NCBI GenBank assembly: GCA_943846605.1
Contig: OX044361.1
Span: 2,098,673-2,162,672, forward strand
Source of the DNA: an uncultured Pseudomonadales bacterium
GTDB lineage: Bacteria; Pseudomonadota; Gammaproteobacteria; Pseudomonadales; Azotimanducaceae
DNA length: 64,000 bases
Direction: 5' to 3'
Shown here: piece after piece, positions 8,052 to 16,824 of the stretch
How the letters are laid out: every line of letters starts with the position of its first letter
Position numbering within the stretch: position 1 is the first letter of the stretch
The notes under the pieces: generated by a model
Seen by the model: the letters and a program-made list of their open reading frames with translations, nothing else
The model's database searches: none
Told to the model about the DNA's origin: nothing
Position numbers and translations under genes: made by a program

Positions 8052-10943
8052 TTACCGCGGCGAACCTGTTGAGGGGCTCTCATAACCTGCTGAGGATAAA
8101 AAGGCTTTTTTTTCGATGCTAAAGGGCCGGCTGACACGATTAATGTTGCCTTGAAGATCTCTGACCGATACAGACAGTGTGCCCCGTAAATTGTCGGCCA
8201 ACGGTGTTTCCAGTTGATATTGATAAATGCCATCGGCGATTGATTGAAAGCGATCTTTCAAATTTTGACCCGCGTGTATGCCATCGACTTCGAAATCAGC
8301 TGTAACGGACAAAGAATTGATGTCGATGCCTGAGTATGCATCAGCGAAGCCAATAATAAGTTTTTCAACCGGTTTTTGATTTTGACCCTCTCTAGGTGCT
8401 GAGACGGTCAATACTGGACGTAGGTCGTCGGCAAACCAGCCATAACCTTGTTTTGTTTCGCCGCGGCTCTGATCGATGGCACATCCCAGATCAATCCAAC
8501 GGGCAAAAGTCATTTTTTCTTCAGTTGTCAGTGGGGCGTAACCTTCACCGGGAATCGGCATGATGCTGCCTACCAGATCAAGGTCAGCGTCGTTGATACG
8601 AGCGCCGGGCGGTAAGGTATTGGCATCACCAAGGACTGCCGCACTGGGATGGCTGCTATTGTCCCAGCCGTCGGTCCGCTGCCCCCATAATTTCCACATG
8701 AGCAGGCTGCGTCGGCTTTGAAATTTTCTGACATAGCGGCTTGCATTGGTTTGACGCCAGCTCCCAACTAAAGGGGGGATGCCCCAAGTCGCTTTAGGAT
8801 CGTTACATAGCCTTGCATAATCGCCAGGTAATCCGTCGTAATTGTTCAGATCGTCAAGTACCAGATCTGCAGGCGGTGTGTCATTTGTTGTCGTATGGCA
8901 ACCGACACATTTGCTTTCTAACACAGGCCGGATGTCTTTGAAGAATTCGACGTCTACGGCGGTGACATCAGTTTCTTTGATGATTGGATGACCGTTGGTG
9001 TCCTGACTCACCAGAGGTGTTTTTTGTGTGAGGTCCCAAACCGCATAATCGGGGCTGGCAGCGGCAGTGGTTTGGAAATCGAGTGATTGCTGGCTGTGTG
9101 AATGACAGCCGCCACAGGTTCTCAGTTCACCGGGTCGCACCTGATGCCAAGTTTGAGATGCATTGAGCACGGCACCGTTTTTATCAATGGTCTGGAAGGT
9201 AAATGGTGCATCGGCAGGGATTTTTGCCAGGAAACTGGTGTCGGGGTTGCCCTCGAGGTCCATAACAGCCGAGCCGTCTGAGTTATATTTACGCAGGGGT
9301 ATTTCACCCAGAATCCGCAGCCGTTCGTTGGCATGATTGTGGAACCATACACCACCTTCGGGGTTAGAATTAGGGCCATAACCGCGATCTGGGTTGGGCT
9401 CCATGAGCAAAATTCGCAGTGCCCAAATATCGCTGTTGTCGTAGAGACCAGCATCAGCACCTTGACTGATCCAATTCGTGCTTTGATGATTCTCGCTGGA
9501 ATTAAATGCGTCTAAGCCATCCCAATTTTCACCGATTGAGTTAGGCGCGCTGCCTCGTTTGTACAAAGTGCTGGCACCAATAAGGCCATAAGGGGTGCCC
9601 TCAGGCAACATTGGGTGTTCGCGACCATCGTTGGGAAGCCAAGGGAGTTCTTTGGGTTCGGGTATGCCGTGGATAGACTCATAGGGTACAACAGCGCGGG
9701 GCCAAGCCTCGTTGAAGTTGGGGTCATTTTTGATGAGGATGAGTTTGCTCATATCATCCACGGGCTCTCCGCCTGCCATTATATAGATGCCGGAGTCGAC
9801 GGCGGGCCAGGGGGTAGGTCGGTTGAGTTTGTTGACTGGACCATCGGACCAGGCGACCAGTAAGTCATTATTGGGTGCTGCTGACGGATGTGTGTACTTG
9901 CCATAACCGTCGATTGCTGCATTGTCGTTTGAGGTTGACAGTGGAGTGATTGAAGATAACCCTTTGGGAGTAAAAGGCATTCGCATAGTCCCTTGATCAT
10001 TATGCTTTATTTCAGGGTTTTTAGTGATGTCAGGGCTATGGAAGGCCGGTTGGTTCGAATCTGTGTGTTGAGGAATGCGGTATAGAGAGCCGAAGCCAAA
10101 GTTATTCAGGTTGTAGTAGTTCTCGACTACCACGCTTCGGTCAGACAACTGTGTTGTGAAGTGAAAAACTTTGGGTTGGTCAAAGGCACTGGCTACGGGT
10201 TCCCAGTAACGGCCGTCGGGCCATATGGACCAAACGCCCCACAGGCGATGATCGCGTAACCCTTGGCTTTCGTAGCTGCTAAACATGATTCTGCCATCTG
10301 CCAAAGGGATCGGGTGTAGCGCAGAATTGTTGGTCATGGGAGCTATTGGCGTGACATTTTTGGTGTCTAAATCCATCACGAAGAGTTGCATGGTGGGGTA
10401 AGAAAGCCCTTTGGTCGGGCGAAACCCGTTGCGATTGCTGGTGAACACTAATTTGTTTCCGGCAATAGGCGCAGGTGCTGTATTTAAAATGCCATAGCCC
10501 ATTCGGTTGGCACCAGTGGCTGGGTCCACGGGGTTGCTTTCATCCCATTGGCCGGTTCCGGTGTTGGGGGTGAATTCCTGAAAGGTCAGTTGTTCAATTT
10601 GTCGCGTGGTGAGATGCAGACGGTAAATATCTGAGCCTCGCTTGGGTAAATTGCCGCGTTGATAATTGAGGTTTTCTTCGCGTAAATCGTAGAAATGGCT
10701 GTAGTAGACCCACTGCCCATCAAAAGAAATGAACGGGTCGGTGATTGCGCCGTGCTCAGTATCAATTAAGACCTCTTCGGAGCCATCGGGATGCAGCAGC
10801 ATGAGATCAGAGTTGACTGCAAGCTTTGCCGGATTAACCCCTGCCCATTTGATATGCGCATGATCACCAGCACGCGGTTGATTGACGTAGATGATGTCGT
10901 AGTTGACGGATGCAAAAGTAGCTGTGCCGGGAAGGCCGCTCAT
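8052..10943 (-). CDS. Second HzsA-like di-heme beta-propeller protein (short form, no stalk); true start probably upstream of ATG 10943
   Basis: Same core as 3608..7843 including CGGCH and CVGCH, with diverged N- and C-termini. The frame stays open upstream to a stop at 11052-11054 and encodes a signal-peptide-like segment. Confidence 0.85.
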   Translation of the reverse strand: MSGLPGTATFASVNYDIIYVNQPRAGDHAHIKWAGVNPAKLAVNSDLMLLHPDGSEEVLIDTEHGAITDPFISFDGQWVYYSHFYDLREENLNYQRGNLPKRGSDIYRLHLTTRQIEQLTFQEFTPNTGTGQWDESNPVDPATGANRMGYGILNTAPAPIAGNKLVFTSNRNGFRPTKGLSYPTMQLFVMDLDTKNVTPIAPMTNNSALHPIPLADGRIMFSSYESQGLRDHRLWGVWSIWPDGRYWEPVASAFDQPKVFHFTTQLSDRSVVVENYYNLNNFGFGSLYRIPQHTDSNQPAFHSPDITKNPEIKHNDQGTMRMPFTPKGLSSITPLSTSNDNAAIDGYGKYTHPSAAPNNDLLVAWSDGPVNKLNRPTPWPAVDSGIYIMAGGEPVDDMSKLILIKNDPNFNEAWPRAVVPYESIHGIPEPKELPWLPNDGREHPMLPEGTPYGLIGASTLYKRGSAPNSIGENWDGLDAFNSSENHQSTNWISQGADAGLYDNSDIWALRILLMEPNPDRGYGPNSNPEGGVWFHNHANERLRILGEIPLRKYNSDGSAVMDLEGNPDTSFLAKIPADAPFTFQTIDKNGAVLNASQTWHQVRPGELRTCGGCHSHSQQSLDFQTTAAASPDYAVWDLTQKTPLVSQDTNGHPIIKETDVTAVDVEFFKDIRPVLESKCVGCHTTTNDTPPADLVLDDLNNYDGLPGDYARLCNDPKATWGIPPLVGSWRQTNASRYVRKFQSRRSLLMWKLWGQRTDGWDNSSHPSAAVLGDANTLPPGARINDADLDLVGSIMPIPGEGYAPLTTEEKMTFARWIDLGCAIDQSRGETKQGYGWFADDLRPVLTVSAPREGQNQKPVEKLIIGFADAYSGIDINSLSVTADFEVDGIHAGQNLKDRFQSIADGIYQYQLETPLADNLRGTLSVSVRDLQGNINRVSRPFSIEKKAFLSSAGYESPSTGSPR
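8281..10874. repeat. Direct repeat copy B (~2.6 kb), near-identical to 3789-6382
   Basis: Begins ccatcgac.. at 8281 versus ccatcgat.. at 3789; identity breaks after ..atcaccagcacg at 10874/6382. Confidence 0.95.
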
Positions 10944-11213
10944 GGCGATAAGGATCAGAAGGCGGATCCTGTCAAAGATAATCTTACGACCGGTCGCACA
11001 AAGACAGCTGCTGTTGGATTTGATGAAGGAAATACCTAAGTTTTGTTGATTTTAGGGTGTCAAAGGGTTCTTCGAAGGATGCAATTTGAATGCCAAAGGA
11101 GATAAATATCAACAGATCAATAGGTTACGAATATAGGTTTATCTTGGGGGGAGGTAAGTGTAAAAAATCATGACAATCGGATGTGTTTTCACCCGGCACT
11201 ACGTCAATAAATT

Positions 11214-12590
11214 TTACAGTGTTTTTGGCCCCTTTTTGAGGCTGTACAGCGGCAGCTGAGCAATACGCGCATCGATATTTGCGCGTGCGGTTGAGTACAG
11301 GCTGCTGTCTAGATTGCCGTAGTTTTGGGCAAATTGTGCCGCGCTTAATCCTTCGGGTAAGTCGTTGATATCCGGGAAAAAAAATGCCGGATCACGCAGC
11401 GCCTGTGCATGCTGCTGGATCCTTTCTGCGCTTTTTGGGTCGAGTGCCATATCCGTGAATTTCAGTCCTGCGCGGTCTGCGGCAAGGTCTGCGAAACTAA
11501 ATCCGCTGCCACCTTTTCCGGCGTCTGCTAACTCTTTTAACTCGCCGATGGCGAAACTCGTTGCCGTGTTTGTGATGAGTTGAACTGCCGCTGAAACAAT
11601 AAAATGTTGGCGTAAATCTTTGCGGCCCAGCACGGTGACCGCATCTCCCACAGGGCGGCAGTCTTTGCGAGATTGCGCGACATCACCGATCAGTGTTTCG
11701 AAGAGGTCACTGCCGAGCAAGATAGATAGGGACAACAGCGCTAATTTATTTTCGGTGGCTGGTTTTTGGCTCAGTTCAGTGCGATATCGGGCGTAGCTAA
11801 ATGCCCAGGCGAGGTAATCGCCAAGTTGGGCATCGGGTGCGGCTTTGCCCTGGTCGCAAATATGTGCAAAGTAGTCGTGTACGCTGTCGGGATCGCTCAG
11901 CAACTGGAACTGATCGCGCATTGCAAAAGCGCGTGTTCTGAGCCCACCGGCTTGATTAACCAGATCGCCGAGGGGCCCGTAATTAATTTGGATCGCGCCG
12001 GGCAATATGTCTACGTGGTGAACAGCGGCAAATAGCTGATCACCAAGTTTTTTGTCCAGTGTTTGGTTCACCAACCAGCGTGCCGATGCGATCAACCATT
12101 GGCCGCGCAGGCTGATTTCGCCCACGCTCAAGGTATCAAATATGAGCTTTCTATCCTCAGCTATCAACGTCAGCGTGAGGTTGATGTATCGGCCTAGTGG
12201 ATTTTCTGGTATCCGTGCGGTGGCGTTTAGGGTCAACTTGCCGTTGTTGATCTCAACTTGTCCCGCGAATGCGACAACATCACTGATTGTTCGTTGCGCA
12301 AAGGCCACGATAGTATTGGCCGCGTTTTCTGTGATTGTTGTGGCGACCAAGTGGTGTTCCGCGCGCGCGATGTCTTTGATGATTGTTCGCATGAGCCGGT
12401 TGGCGGCCGCTGCCTCGTTGCCGGTTAATGGTTTTGATAACGTTATCAGAGGCTGGTTGCTGCTGATTGTGCTCAGGAGCGTGATTACGATGACCATGGC
12501 CATTATCACCACGTAGACAGTGCGTCTCAGTACGCGCAATGGCCAAGCATCTTTGGGCTTAGGGATAATGTTTGCATTGACAGAGGTCAT
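11214..12590 (-). CDS. Uncharacterised membrane-anchored protein with C-terminal YfiM/DUF2279-like motif
   Basis: N-terminal TM helix. C-terminal QHFIVSAA...GELKELAD..GGSGFSFADLAADRAG resembles the QHF..SA / KE..D / GSG.S..DLA.D.AG pattern I recall for YfiM. Confidence 0.6.
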   Translation of the reverse strand: MTSVNANIIPKPKDAWPLRVLRRTVYVVIMAMVIVITLLSTISSNQPLITLSKPLTGNEAAAANRLMRTIIKDIARAEHHLVATTITENAANTIVAFAQRTISDVVAFAGQVEINNGKLTLNATARIPENPLGRYINLTLTLIAEDRKLIFDTLSVGEISLRGQWLIASARWLVNQTLDKKLGDQLFAAVHHVDILPGAIQINYGPLGDLVNQAGGLRTRAFAMRDQFQLLSDPDSVHDYFAHICDQGKAAPDAQLGDYLAWAFSYARYRTELSQKPATENKLALLSLSILLGSDLFETLIGDVAQSRKDCRPVGDAVTVLGRKDLRQHFIVSAAVQLITNTATSFAIGELKELADAGKGGSGFSFADLAADRAGLKFTDMALDPKSAERIQQHAQALRDPAFFFPDINDLPEGLSAAQFAQNYGNLDSSLYSTARANIDARIAQLPLYSLKKGPKTL

Positions 12591-12702
12591 TTTCAGGCGT
12601 GGTTATGGTGCAACCAACAACGGTTAGGGCACCATAAATGATTCGGCGTGGTACAAACGCTGATGGTAACCTAGTTTTTCCCTCGAATCGCCGGATATCG
12701 CC

Positions 12703-13548
12703 TTGAGTACTCAATTGAGTAAAAGTGTCACGCTTGAAACGCCAGCCAATCATGTTGAACTAATCTGTGTCAACAACCTATGGGCTCATGCATCGATCAG
12801 TCTATTTGGTGGACATTTGCTCAGCTATGTCCCGAGCTACGACCAGCGCGAACGGTTGTGGTTAAGTCGCGATGCTTGGTTGGATGGCACGCGATCCATA
12901 CGCGGTGGCGTGCCAGTATGCTGGCCATGGTTCGGCGATCATCCCGCTAGAAATTTACCCGCGCATGGCTACGTGCGAAACCAACAGTGGCGGCTTGTCA
13001 GCAGCGTTGATACAGACGATGCCACCATCGTTCGCCTGCGCCCATGCGCGATACAAAATGCAATGAACGAAGATGGGCTTGAGTTAGAGCTTAGCATCAC
13101 AGTGGGTCGACAGCTCACACTTGCGTTAAGCACCCGAAATACAAGCGATAGGCCGCGTAACTTTGGCGCTGCTTTGCACAGTTATTTCGAAATCTCAGAT
13201 ATTCACAACACGTGTCTTAAGGGATTGAGCGGGCAATGCCTAGACAAAACTGAAGACTTTGCTCGTAAAGTGACGCCGAATCCTTACCTTTTCGAAGCCG
13301 AAACGGATCGGATTCACGTGCACCCGGGAAACCGCTGCTGGATCGAAACACCCGATTATGCAATCGAGGTTAACTCTCGCGGCCATGACAGTGTTGTAGT
13401 GTGGAATCCTTGGCGTGCAAAATCAGCGGAACTTGAAGATTTTCATGACGAGGGTTTCCAAAGCATGCTTTGCGTTGAGTCAGCAATCACTCAGGGATTC
13501 ACCTTGGCTGCTCAGCAGACGCATACACTCACCCAGACCTTTGCCTAG
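12703..13548 (+). CDS. yeaD: D-hexose-6-phosphate mutarotase (aldose 1-epimerase family)
   Basis: IRGGVPVCWPWFG, HGYVR, ALHSYF, ETDRI, VVWNPW and MLCVE motifs. Confidence 0.93.
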   Translation: MSTQLSKSVTLETPANHVELICVNNLWAHASISLFGGHLLSYVPSYDQRERLWLSRDAWLDGTRSIRGGVPVCWPWFGDHPARNLPAHGYVRNQQWRLVSSVDTDDATIVRLRPCAIQNAMNEDGLELELSITVGRQLTLALSTRNTSDRPRNFGAALHSYFEISDIHNTCLKGLSGQCLDKTEDFARKVTPNPYLFEAETDRIHVHPGNRCWIETPDYAIEVNSRGHDSVVVWNPWRAKSAELEDFHDEGFQSMLCVESAITQGFTLAAQQTHTLTQTFA

Positions 13549-13632
13549 CGATAGGCCTTGGGTTGGCATTGTTGGCCAACAGGCTGTTGTGGACTAGGCG
13601 GCGACTTGTTTTTGTGTGGATAAATGCTCAGG

Positions 13633-14733
13633 TCAAGTCAGCAGATCTTGATAGAGCTCGCTGTACTCATGCGCCATTCGTTGAGCTGAAAAGTGCTCAA
13701 CAATAAACTGTCGGCCGGATTTTGCCAGTTGCTCAGAAAGGGCTTTGTCGAGGAGTAATTGCTCCCAGCAGTCGGCCAGTGCCGCCTGATCACCGTAAGT
13801 AGCCAGCAGCCCCGTTGTGTTGTGGGTCACCAATTGGTCTATGCCAGGGATATCATAGGCAGCGACGGGGATTTGCATGGCCATCGCTTCCATGAGACAG
13901 CGCGGTATGCCTTCAAGTTTTGATGTCATCACAAATAGGTCAAATGTCTTGAGCCAGTTCAGTCTGTTTTCCCGAAAACCAAGAAATGTGATGGCCTCTG
14001 CTGCCGCGGAAGCTTGAGCGTAGGCCTGCATTTCTTCGAGCTGATCTCCGTCACCCAGTAGCACTAACTCGAGGTTGTGATGTTTCGCGGCCAGGGTGTT
14101 GAAAATATCGATGATATCCACCAGGTTTTTGCGCTGGGTGATCTGGCCGATGAAGCCGATGCGTTGTTTATGCATCGGTTTTTCGCTTTCATCGGCGGCA
14201 GTAACTATCAGTTGGTCCACTTCGTCGATGTCGACGCCGTTTTGAATATAATCTACTTTGTCCTGGCGGACGCCAAGGTCTTGCATATCTCTGCACAGCT
14301 GTCGTGACAGCGGAACAACTCGGTCAAACCACTTCAGGAACTTGTTGCCGATAGTGAAGTACAGCTTCAGCTTCCAATCATTAAGTCCCACAAAACCGTG
14401 GGGGGTAGATATCGCCTTGATTCCGCACAAGCGTGCGGCAAGCAAGCCGATGATGTCTGATTTGTAGCCGTGAGTGTGGATGATGTCGATCTGTTGTGAC
14501 CGGATCAACTTTGCAAGCTGCAAAATCATTCGCAGGTCAAAACGACCTCCAACCTTAATTTGGTGGACCGTTTTCCCCAATGCCGAGTATTCACGCGCGA
14601 GTTCTACATGTCCGTTATCTGCTTCTAACGTAATCGCAAGATCGCAGGGCATCATTGGATCGTTCATATTCTTGCCCAACGCGAGTATCCAGCGTTCTGC
14701 ACCGTAAAAGCCGCTTGGGCAGGTAAACTGCAA
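13633..14733 (-). CDS. Glycosyltransferase family 4 (GT-B, retaining); start codon uncertain
   Basis: GFYGAERW, IIHTHGYK, HGF, IQNGVD and the EGIPRCLMEAMA (Ex7E) motif. TTG 14733 falls inside the first beta-strand (LKILQF). Confidence 0.9.
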   Translation of the reverse strand: MQFTCPSGFYGAERWILALGKNMNDPMMPCDLAITLEADNGHVELAREYSALGKTVHQIKVGGRFDLRMILQLAKLIRSQQIDIIHTHGYKSDIIGLLAARLCGIKAISTPHGFVGLNDWKLKLYFTIGNKFLKWFDRVVPLSRQLCRDMQDLGVRQDKVDYIQNGVDIDEVDQLIVTAADESEKPMHKQRIGFIGQITQRKNLVDIIDIFNTLAAKHHNLELVLLGDGDQLEEMQAYAQASAAAEAITFLGFRENRLNWLKTFDLFVMTSKLEGIPRCLMEAMAMQIPVAAYDIPGIDQLVTHNTTGLLATYGDQAALADCWEQLLLDKALSEQLAKSGRQFIVEHFSAQRMAHEYSELYQDLLT

Positions 14734-14903
14734 AATTTTTAAAGTTTGTGGCGCGATTTTTTCTTCCTCGAATAATCATTGGATTGTCGTTGTGCCGTGC
14801 AGCATAAAACGGCGGTAAAAGGTGTCAACTAAAGATGCGAAATGGTCCCAAATGCGGCACTGGACTGACGGTCCTGCTGGATCAGTTTGTATGACATGCT
14901 GGG

Positions 14904-15674
14904 TCAGGTTCTAACCACGCTAGACATACCGTTGTCCACAACAAATTCGGCCGCGTTAATGTGTTTGGCCTCATCACTGGCCAGAAAGGCAACCATATGA
15001 GCGACGTCGTTAGGTTCGCCGATGCCTAATTGCAGGCGCAGCGCTTCGGGATCTTGCGCTGCCTCGAAGTCGATGCCGGCGCTATGGGCAAGGGCGGCGT
15101 GCACCATGGGTGTGCTGATGCTGCCTGGATAGATTGAGTTGCAACGTATGTTGTAGCCTTTGGCCAGGCAATGCGCTGCGATAGATTTGGTCATGCTGCG
15201 GATGGCACCCTTTGCCGCTGCGTAGGCGATATAATCGGCATAGCCCTGTAATGCCACAACAGAGGACATGTTAATGATCGATCCGCCCTGCTGGTCTTTT
15301 TTCATCAACTGAACTGCCCGCTGGCAGCCGAAAAATGTGCCGTTTAAATGGATGTTGAGTGTCTGGCTCCACTGTTGGGTGGTTGTACTTTCGATATTGG
15401 CGATGACGGCGATGCCTGCGTTATTGACCAAGACATCAAGTCTGTCGTAACGGGCGTTGATGTGGGACATCAACTCATCCCAACTGTCTTCGTCGCTCAC
15501 ATCCTGATGTCGGTAATCTGCTCCGATGTCTTTGGCTACCGCCTCGCCGCGCTCGTCGTTGATGTCAGTCATGACAACACGAGCGCCTCGTTCGGTCAGG
15601 ATTCGTGCGTCGGCTTCGCCGAGTCCTTGGGCGGCCCCGGTAATAACAACCACTTTTCCGTCGAGATTTCCCAC
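14904..15674 (-). CDS. Classical SDR oxidoreductase (hydroxysteroid/cyclic alcohol dehydrogenase-like)
   Basis: TGAAQGLG, NNAG, NMSS, YAAAK, CNSIYPG. Confidence 0.93.
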   Translation of the reverse strand: MGNLDGKVVVITGAAQGLGEADARILTERGARVVMTDINDERGEAVAKDIGADYRHQDVSDEDSWDELMSHINARYDRLDVLVNNAGIAVIANIESTTTQQWSQTLNIHLNGTFFGCQRAVQLMKKDQQGGSIINMSSVVALQGYADYIAYAAAKGAIRSMTKSIAAHCLAKGYNIRCNSIYPGSISTPMVHAALAHSAGIDFEAAQDPEALRLQLGIGEPNDVAHMVAFLASDEAKHINAAEFVVDNGMSSVVRT

Positions 15675-15878
15675 AGAGATGCTTCCTTTTTCAAACGTTA
15701 AACCGCGAATGGTAGCATGATAAATTGGCGGGCATGGCGGTACCCAAAAATTTTAACTGGGCGTGACCGGCCAATGGCTTGGGCTGCGAGTGCCGATCCG
15801 TTTTGCTCGATCCAGTGCTTGTCCGGGCGTATCAAAGCCTGCACTATGAGCACTTAAATGCAGCATCGGGTGTAGTGA

Positions 15879-16817
15879 ATGAAGGCAGTTGGATTGATGG
15901 TACATGGTGGTCCCGAGGTGCTTCATATTATCGATGTGCCACCGGTGAGTGCAGGTCCTGGGCAGGTCCGAATTCGCATTCATGCGGCGGCTGTCAACCC
16001 GACAGATATTGTTGCGCGAAATGGTATGCGAGCTGAGTTTCAGCGCCAAAAGCCGCCGCCCTATGTGCCAGGCATGGATGCCGCGGGTGTTGTAGATCAA
16101 GTGGGCGCAGAGGTTACGACTGGGATTAAGGTGGGTGATCCAGTGATGGCCATGGTTGTGCCCAGTGGCATCCACGGGGCCTATCGGGAACAGATTGTTT
16201 TGGATCAGAACGCGGTGGTGCCCGCGCCGGCGGGTTGTACTCATGTTGAAGCCTGTACGCTGCCAATGAATGCGCTCACGGCAAGGATGTCTTTAGATTT
16301 GCTGGGTCTTCAATCTGGCCAAGTACTTGCGGTTACCGGTGGTCCGGGCGCATATGGCGGTTACGTGATTCAATTGGCCAAGGCAGCAGGGTTGCAGGTT
16401 ATCGCCGATGCAGCGGATTCTGATCGCGACTTGTTGGTAGCGCTGGGGGCAGACGTTATTGTCAGTCGAGGCGAGCGGTTTGCTGAAAAAATACGAGAAC
16501 ATTTCCCTTTGGGTGTTGATGGCCTTGCTGACGGTGCCCTGCTCAATGGCTTGGCAATTGATGCGGTTAAAGACGGCGGGCATTTCACGGCAATTCGTGG
16601 TTTTAAGGGGGGAGATGTCAGGGGTATTCATTTTACGGCGACGTGGGTTACCGGTTATGACGGCGCTTATGCAAAGTTAGACCGTTTGAGAGAGCAGGTT
16701 GAATGCGGTCAATTGACATTGCGAGTGGCGCAAGCTGTCGCACCTGAAGAGGCGAGTTATGCGCACCGGCAGCTTGAGGCTGGCGGCACGAGAGGGCGTA
16801 TGGTGATCAAATTTTGA
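15879..16817 (+). CDS. MDR family NADP-dependent oxidoreductase (quinone reductase-like, Zn-free)
   Basis: GGPEVL, AAVNPTD, PGMDAAG, TGGPGAYGGY, GRMVI; no Zn-ligand cysteines. Confidence 0.9.
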   Translation: MKAVGLMVHGGPEVLHIIDVPPVSAGPGQVRIRIHAAAVNPTDIVARNGMRAEFQRQKPPPYVPGMDAAGVVDQVGAEVTTGIKVGDPVMAMVVPSGIHGAYREQIVLDQNAVVPAPAGCTHVEACTLPMNALTARMSLDLLGLQSGQVLAVTGGPGAYGGYVIQLAKAAGLQVIADAADSDRDLLVALGADVIVSRGERFAEKIREHFPLGVDGLADGALLNGLAIDAVKDGGHFTAIRGFKGGDVRGIHFTATWVTGYDGAYAKLDRLREQVECGQLTLRVAQAVAPEEASYAHRQLEAGGTRGRMVIKF

Positions 16818-16824
16818 TCGCTGT

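Noticed and set aside
3608-10943. Genuine anammox hydrazine synthase
   Set aside because: No hzsB/hzsC or hydrazine dehydrogenase in the window, and the surrounding genes are O2-dependent oxygenases. Only the architecture is HzsA-like.
15753-16244. His-rich 163 aa minus-strand ORF
   Set aside because: Antisense to the MDR gene; the His richness reflects GTG/ATG codons on the coding strand.
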